Positions 58,401 to 64,000 of a DNA stretch of 64,000 bases are shown here, one piece after another. The stretch covers positions 1 through 64,000 of the forward strand of contig NIVC01003528.1 of NCBI GenBank assembly GCA_002269645.1. The letters run 5' to 3'. Positions within the stretch are counted from its first letter, which is position 1. Each line of letters starts with the position of its first letter. The translations under genes were made by a program, and so were the position numbers. This DNA is from Macrostomum lignano. Taxonomy: Eukaryota. The notes below the pieces were generated by a model, which saw nothing but the letters and a program-made list of their open reading frames with translations, ran no database searches and was not told where the DNA came from.

Positions 58401-59620
58401 AGTCTTTAGATACAGCTATTGCGGCCATAGACTATATTAGTTTGTAGATGCAGATGCAGGCCATAGACTCTAATATTAGTTTGTTGATTCAGTGCGGCCA
58501 TAGACTATATTAGTTCGTAGATGCAGATGCAGGCCATAAACTATACTAGTTCATCGATGCAGATGGGCCATAGACTATATTAGTTTGAAGATGCAAATGC
58601 AGGCCATAGACTGTATTAGTTTGTAGATGCAGTGCGGCCATAGACTATATTAGTTTGAAGAAGCAGGTCGGCCATAGACTATATTAGTTTGAAGAAGCAG
58701 ATCGGCCATAGACTATTAGCATGTGAATAAACAACTAATATTCCTCTCCAGATGCCAAAATCGACACTGGCCGAGCCAAGCCAAAGAGTCACCAATTTAA
58801 CGTTGAGAGTACCAAGAAAGGCTTCGGTTTTGAAAATATCTCCGGAGAAGGAAGCTTGGAATTCTCGTCGCTGCGGCTGTCACTTCCGCAATTGAAGCCT
58901 CAACAGCAGCAGCGGCCGCCGCCGCCGCTACCCCCGTGGCTGCAAAAACAGCGTCCCCCAGTGCCAAGACTTATCGTCACCACCGACGACGGTCGAATGG
59001 ATTTCAGCGTCGACGCCAGCAATGTTGAAGAGGTGTCCGCCGCGGTGGCCGCCTCCGCGCCCGATGCTGCGCTCACCGAACAAGACGAAGATAAGAAATG
59101 CGTTGCCGTGGAGATTTGCATCTTGAAACCCGGAGACGTGTTTGTGAGTAACAATAGTAAGAACTGTCATTTTATTGATGCAAGAGCCTATACAGACAAG
59201 TCCAACTTCAATTTCAGGGCCTTTCGGACATCATGTTCAAGGATGAGAAAATTCACGAGGTTGAGGACAGCGCAAGTGTGTCATTGGTAAGGCGGAGTAG
59301 TCAGAATGGCGAGTTCAGACTATAAGATTTACTGCTCAATACTCAAGGCACCGCAATCAAACCACAATCCGCAGGTAAGCAACGGAGCAGAGTGCGTGCT
59401 GCTCTCCAAAGCATTCTTTATCCAGCACGCCCCAGAAAGAGTCCAACGTCGAGTTCGGGCCGCTGTGCAGCCGTACCCAAACGAACAGGTGTTCGAGCAG
59501 AACTACTACACCCAGGTGGCTTGGAATCGCTACAGACGGACCGTGTTCAAACTGGCGCTAAACCGGGCGCTTGCGGCTGGCGCCAATAGAAAAGCGGCGG
59601 CGCGAAGTAGCGTGAGGTGA
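55460..59620 (+). CDS. Cyclic nucleotide-binding domain protein, CNBD2-like, 8 exons
   Basis: join(55460-55480,55940-56013,56691-56802,57299-57700,57972-58380,58752-59143,59218-59286,59375-59620); phases are consistent. cNMP-binding fold motifs IIRQGHAGVNFYVIISG, LGQGQAFGEVALM, RNASIVS, ILKPGDVFGL, LVSNGAECVLLSK. The 21-nt first exon is tentative. Confidence 0.85.
56075..56580. repeat. 28-bp minisatellite family X, locus 3 (CNBD intron 2)
   Basis: Same unit as 13055 and 26115, same orientation. Confidence 0.97.
58420..58720. repeat. About 33-39-bp minisatellite (CNBD intron 5)
   Basis: Unit approximately GGCCATAGACTATATTAGTTTGTAGATGCAGATGCA. Confidence 0.92.
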
Positions 59621-59637
59621 CGTCATCGATGACGTCA
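59618..59637. promoter_or_regulatory. Perfect 20-bp palindrome of two consensus CRE sites overlapping the CNBD stop codon
   Basis: TGACGTCA-TCGA-TGACGTCA; function is not shown. Confidence 0.4.
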
Positions 59638-60527
59638 TTGATTAATGGGTCGATATTGTACGGCCAGTTCTATGCTAACAAATCATATGGATCGATGATT
59701 CCCTTTTTTTAAACGGATTTGTGGCTTATCGTCAAATAAACCATAGGAGCATGTTTTGCTACATAGACCTGCTAAATTGTGCTTAAAAATCAATTATTCA
59801 AAATTTAATAAATTAATACATTTCTTGTGTATGAGAAGACTGTATGTCGTAAATACACTCAGCAACATGTTAAAGTTTTCACCCGAAACTAACATTTCTC
59901 CGATTTCAGGTCCAAGTGACGAAATTCGTGACGGGTGATCAGCTTTAATATGTTGCTGAGTGTATATAGATGCAAGTATTAATTCAATGTATTTTTTATT
60001 TAGACATATCAGCGCATATATATAGACACATCCAATACCAGAAAAAGCAGAATTTAATAATAGACAAAATACAAACCAAGATGTCTACAGAGCAAACTTT
60101 GATCTACTAATATCAACAAGTTCAACTGCTCCCTAAACAGTGTAATAAATTAGTTGTTTTACTGTAGATGTTTTACATGTAGAACGAGAGGCTGAAAGAG
60201 CCATTAAGACAAATAAGCAATTAAGCAACGATAGCATAATAATATTGTCGAACCGAAAAGGAAAGCCGAAAACCATTAAACAGGCCAAACACCATCCGCT
60301 TATTCACAAAGTGCCGCGAAATTAAAACTCCAAAGGAACAGCAATCACCGCAATAAAGGTTCAATAGCTGACTGATGACCTTTATTATATTAACGTATCA
60401 CAAATTAAAAAGTTTGATTATTGATTTTTTTATAACGCATTGCTATATTTTAGCTACTTATATTCAGTAGTATATAGGGCTTACTTTTTCAAACAGAGGC
60501 TACTGATTCTACTCCCTATGTTTCATA

Positions 60528-60755
60528 GGGGGTTGTAGCTTAGTGTGGTTAGAGTATCGAGCTCATGACTAGAAGGTCAGGGGTTCGATTCTCGACCTGA
60601 CTCGGAAACAATTTTAACCAGCTTTAGCTGGGGTAATTGGGGGTCCTTGGACTGAACAGCCGTACGCAGCCTTCAGATGCGCCACGCAATAGCTGCGGCT
60701 GAGCTGTCGGTTGCACATCTGGCCCAATTAGGACAGGTGCAATCAATCATTATTA
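60528..60755 (+). mobile_element. tRNA-derived SINE, copy C (lacks most of CORE)
   Basis: Head GGGGGTTGTAGCTTAGTGTGGTTAG...GGTTCGATTCTCGACC; middle shared with copy B; tail ATAGCTGCGGCTGAGCTGTCGGTTGCACATCTG shared with copy A. Confidence 0.85.
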
Positions 60756-60991
60756 GCTCATATTCATTACGCTCGTATTTTTCAACAGTTTCGGTAGTTA
60801 TAGTTAAAACATAATAATAACCATTTTTACCATTAGGTTACTTATCATTAGCTACTAAGTCAGTAGTATAGTAAGTATTGCAGTATAGAACGGATATTTC
60901 CGCCTCATTACAATCTAAATTAATTGGTGAGCGACTTAAAAAATTCCAACAGAAATCAGATAAAAACAGATTTCAATCCGAGCCTCAGAAC

Positions 60992-61666
60992 TCAGACCAA
61001 CAGACGGACGTGCAGCGACTGCAGCTTCTCCGGGGCCAGGGCGACTCGAACGACGCCTTCGCCGCTGTCGGCCTGGCCGCAGCGGAGTCGGCCAACTAGT
61101 CGGCACTGCTCAAACGCCGGCCCAGGCGTCGGCCGACGTTCGCCAGCCAGCCGCGGCCGGGCCGGCACCGACGAGGTCGACGCCACCTCGCCGGCCACCT
61201 GTCGGACGCGGGCGGCCAGAGCGGCCAGACGAATTCTTGACTCGGCCAGCTGGCGCTCCGGCGGCTCCTGGCGCGGATGTGTCAGCTGGACAACGCCGAC
61301 TCCGCCATCTTCCAGCAGCTGGCGCTTCAACTCGCCGGCCAGGTCGCAGGATCGGCGCCACAGTTCGGGCACGCCGGGAGCGGGTGACTTGGACGCCTGG
61401 CAGAGACCCGTGAGCGACTGGTCCAGGCCTGTCGGCTTTCTCGGCGGCGGCGCCAGCGGCTTCAGACGGGCCAGCTCGCGTCGGAGTCGCTCCGACCGGA
61501 GCCGGGCGTTCTCGCTGGTGGCGAACTGCAGAGCGGAGTTGGCCGCCTCAAGCTGGCGCTGCAGGTGCGACGAGTCGCCGCCGCCGCCACCGCTGGATGC
61601 GCCTGCGCCAGCTGCTGCTGATGGCGCGGTGATTAATAGGAAGGGATTTAGATGGGAATTGCCTCC

Positions 61667-61718
<52 letters not shown>

Positions 61719-63683
61719 GCCTGCCTGTCTGTCTGTCTGTGTCTGTGTGTCTGTTAGTCAGTCAGTCAGTCAGTCAGTCAGTCAGTCAGTCAGTCAGTCA
61801 GTCAGTCAGTCAGTCAGTCAGTCAGTCAGTCAGTCACCCACTCACTCAAGTCAGTCAGTCAGTCAGTCAGTCAGTCACCCACTCACTCAAGTCAGTCAGT
61901 CAGTCAGTCAGTCAGTCAGTCAGTCAGTCAGTCAGTCAGTCAGTCAGTCAGTCAGTCAGTCAGTCAGTCAGTCAGTCAGTCAGTCAGTCAGTCAGTCAGT
62001 CAGTCAGTCAGTCAGTCAGTCAGTCAGTCAGTCAGTCAGTCAGTCAGTCAGTCAGTCAGTCAGTCAGTCAGTCAGTCAGTCAGTCAGTCAGTCAGTCAGT
62101 CAGTCAGTCAGTCAGTCAGTCAGTCAGTCAGTCAGTCAGTCAGTCAGTCAGTCAGTCAGTCAGAGCATGCCCAAGCGATCAGCTAATCGTTTCCTAGCAA
62201 CAAGGTCTCAGGGCCCAACACGCCCTGGAAACTCACCAGCTCCGGGCTGCTGTCCCGCCACAGCTGGCACCCTGCTAGTGAGGCCTTCCAGCAAGTTCTT
62301 CTTGCTCAGCGATTTCAGCTTGTCGCGCAGTTCGTGCCGCTCCGACTCAAGGGAGTCGATGTCGCTCTGCAACGCCTCCAGAGTCTGCTCAAACTCTGCT
62401 GTCTTCTTCTTTAACTGGGATTCGGTCTGTTCCAGAAGCACCTGCAGCCGGCCGCATCTGTCTTCGTACTCTTTCTTGGTTGTTTCAAGTCGCTTCTCCA
62501 CCATCGCTAGCTTGGTTGTGGCCTGAGGGTTTTTTAAATGGAGAATTTCTTCATATTGAGGCTGAGATGCATGCCAAAAATACAAAATTGACAAATATAC
62601 GAGTATACAGCTGTGTATTGCTAATATAACATGTAGAACAGAGTAAAGTACTTCTACAGTGACTATTATCCGCTATATATTTCCCTACTACATTACTACT
62701 GCTACTACTGCTACTACTATTGGTACTACTGATACTACTACTTGTACTGCTACTACTGCTACTACTACTGGCACTGCTACTACTAATGCCACTACTACTA
62801 CCACTACTGCCACTACTACTACTACTACTAATACTGATACTGCTACTACTACTACTATTAAAAATACTACTGCTGCTACTACTATTAATAACACTTCTGC
62901 TTCTACTACTACTAATACTACTACTGCTACTACTACTACTGCTGCTACTACTACTATACTACTACTACTACTACTACTACTGCTGCTACTACTGCTGCTA
63001 CTACTACTACTATACTACTACTACTACTACTACTACTACTGCTGCTACTAGGGAAAGCAGCACCAACCTCAGACAGATCCTGCTGACGCTGCTTGATCTG
63101 CACAACCAGTTCCTTGAGCTCGGTGTCCTTGGCCTCCAGCTTGCCGCGCAGGATGTCATTATCGGCCAGCTCCTTGCGGAATGCCTGAGCCCGCAGCAGC
63201 ACCGGTTCGGTTGGCCGAACATCGGCCGAAGTTTTCGTGCCATCGAAGTCGAATTCGCCGTGTTCAACTGCGGCGCAGACGGACTGCAGAGTGTCGAAGA
63301 CGCCGTCGAGTTCTTTGTCAAGCCGGTCTAGCGAGGCGGCGCCCTTCAAATCATACACAGTTTCCACTCCGGCCAGCAGGAAGCCGACAACGGCGGTGAC
63401 CGAATCGAACTCGGGGGCCTGCAAAATTGCAATGTTCAACTCCCTACTGTTAGTAGGCGAAGCATGTGAGTAGTTTTTTGAAGGCTATAAGTTCGAAGTG
63501 CTTGATTAATCAAGTATGCTAGCGCGAATTTCACCTGGTGCATCTCGCGACAGGCGTGCTGCAGAGCTCGCATAGCCGTGCTCAGCTGGCCGATGCTGGC
63601 GTCGAGGCGCTGACGAACTGGCTCGGGCAGGCGCAGCGGCTGTTGGCGACTGTCCGCTGGGAGCCGGCGTCTGATACTGCGGC
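60992..63683 (-). CDS. DCTN1: Dynactin subunit 1 (p150Glued), last four exons; gene continues beyond the window
   Basis: complement(join(60992-61617,62237-62522,63068-63418,63535-63683)). [70 protein letters not shown]-terminal [15 protein letters not shown] match the DCTN1 C-terminal half. Confidence 0.92.
61665..62163. repeat. Compound (TCTG)n then (TCAG)n microsatellite (DCTN1 intron)
   Basis: Direct reading. Confidence 0.98.
62685..63050. repeat. (TAC)n-type microsatellite (DCTN1 intron)
   Basis: Direct reading. Confidence 0.97.
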
Positions 63684-63779
63684 CTGGATGCGGTTGAGGG
63701 TTGTGCGGATCGCTTGGACCACGGTAATGATTAGGGTACTACTTACTAATCTTAGGTTAGTTAGACAGGCACTAAGACA

Positions 63780-63813
63780 GGCAGCAGACACGAAGACAGA
63801 CAGACAGACAGAA

Positions 63814-63862
<49 letters not shown>

Positions 63863-63903
63863 CAGACAGACAGACAGACACACAGACAGACACACAGACA
63901 GAC

Positions 63904-63946
<43 letters not shown>

Positions 63947-64000
63947 CAGACAGACAGACAGACAGACACAGACAGACAGACACAGACAGACACACAGACA
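63780..64000. repeat. (GACA)n microsatellite (DCTN1 intron)
   Basis: Direct reading. Confidence 0.97.

Noticed and set aside
60528-60604. Functional tRNA gene (apparent CAT anticodon); likewise 23466-23537
   Set aside because: Acceptor and T stems do not pair, the anticodon differs between copies, and both continue into shared SINE body sequence.
61652-63995. Poly-SQSV, poly-L, poly-T and VCLS ORFs; also 38063-38747
   Set aside because: Microsatellite translations.

Overview
Eukaryotic (animal) genomic DNA: GC-rich exons, AT-rich intergenic DNA and introns packed with minisatellites. The style suggests a free-living flatworm such as Macrostomum; that is inference, not shown by the sequence. 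Hand-spliced gene models in order: FACT subunit SPT16 (+, 10 exons, one 1-nt frameshift); p120/delta-catenin-family armadillo protein (+, 9 exons, C-terminal DSWV); secreted PAN/apple-GH16 beta-1,3-glucanase (-); SpoU/MRM3-like RNA methyltransferase (+) followed closely by a METTL23-like methyltransferase (+); two intronless, near-identical secreted triple-PAN genes (+); a CNBD2-like cyclic-nucleotide-binding protein (+); and the 3' part of dynactin p150/DCTN1 (-). Mobile DNA includes a deleted mariner with perfect TIRs, several MITEs, three mosaic tRNA/CORE SINEs and a possible solo LTR. The most unusual element is a 2.6-kb TIR element between the two PAN genes: it carries a decayed, spliced BEN-domain-like gene and has TGTGCCA arrays at both ends. 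Other highlights are the PAN/GH16 glycan-recognition cluster, a 28-bp minisatellite found in introns of three unrelated genes, and a candidate operon. Most long ORFs in the supplied track are repeat artefacts. All identifications come from recognising motifs by eye; no searches were run.
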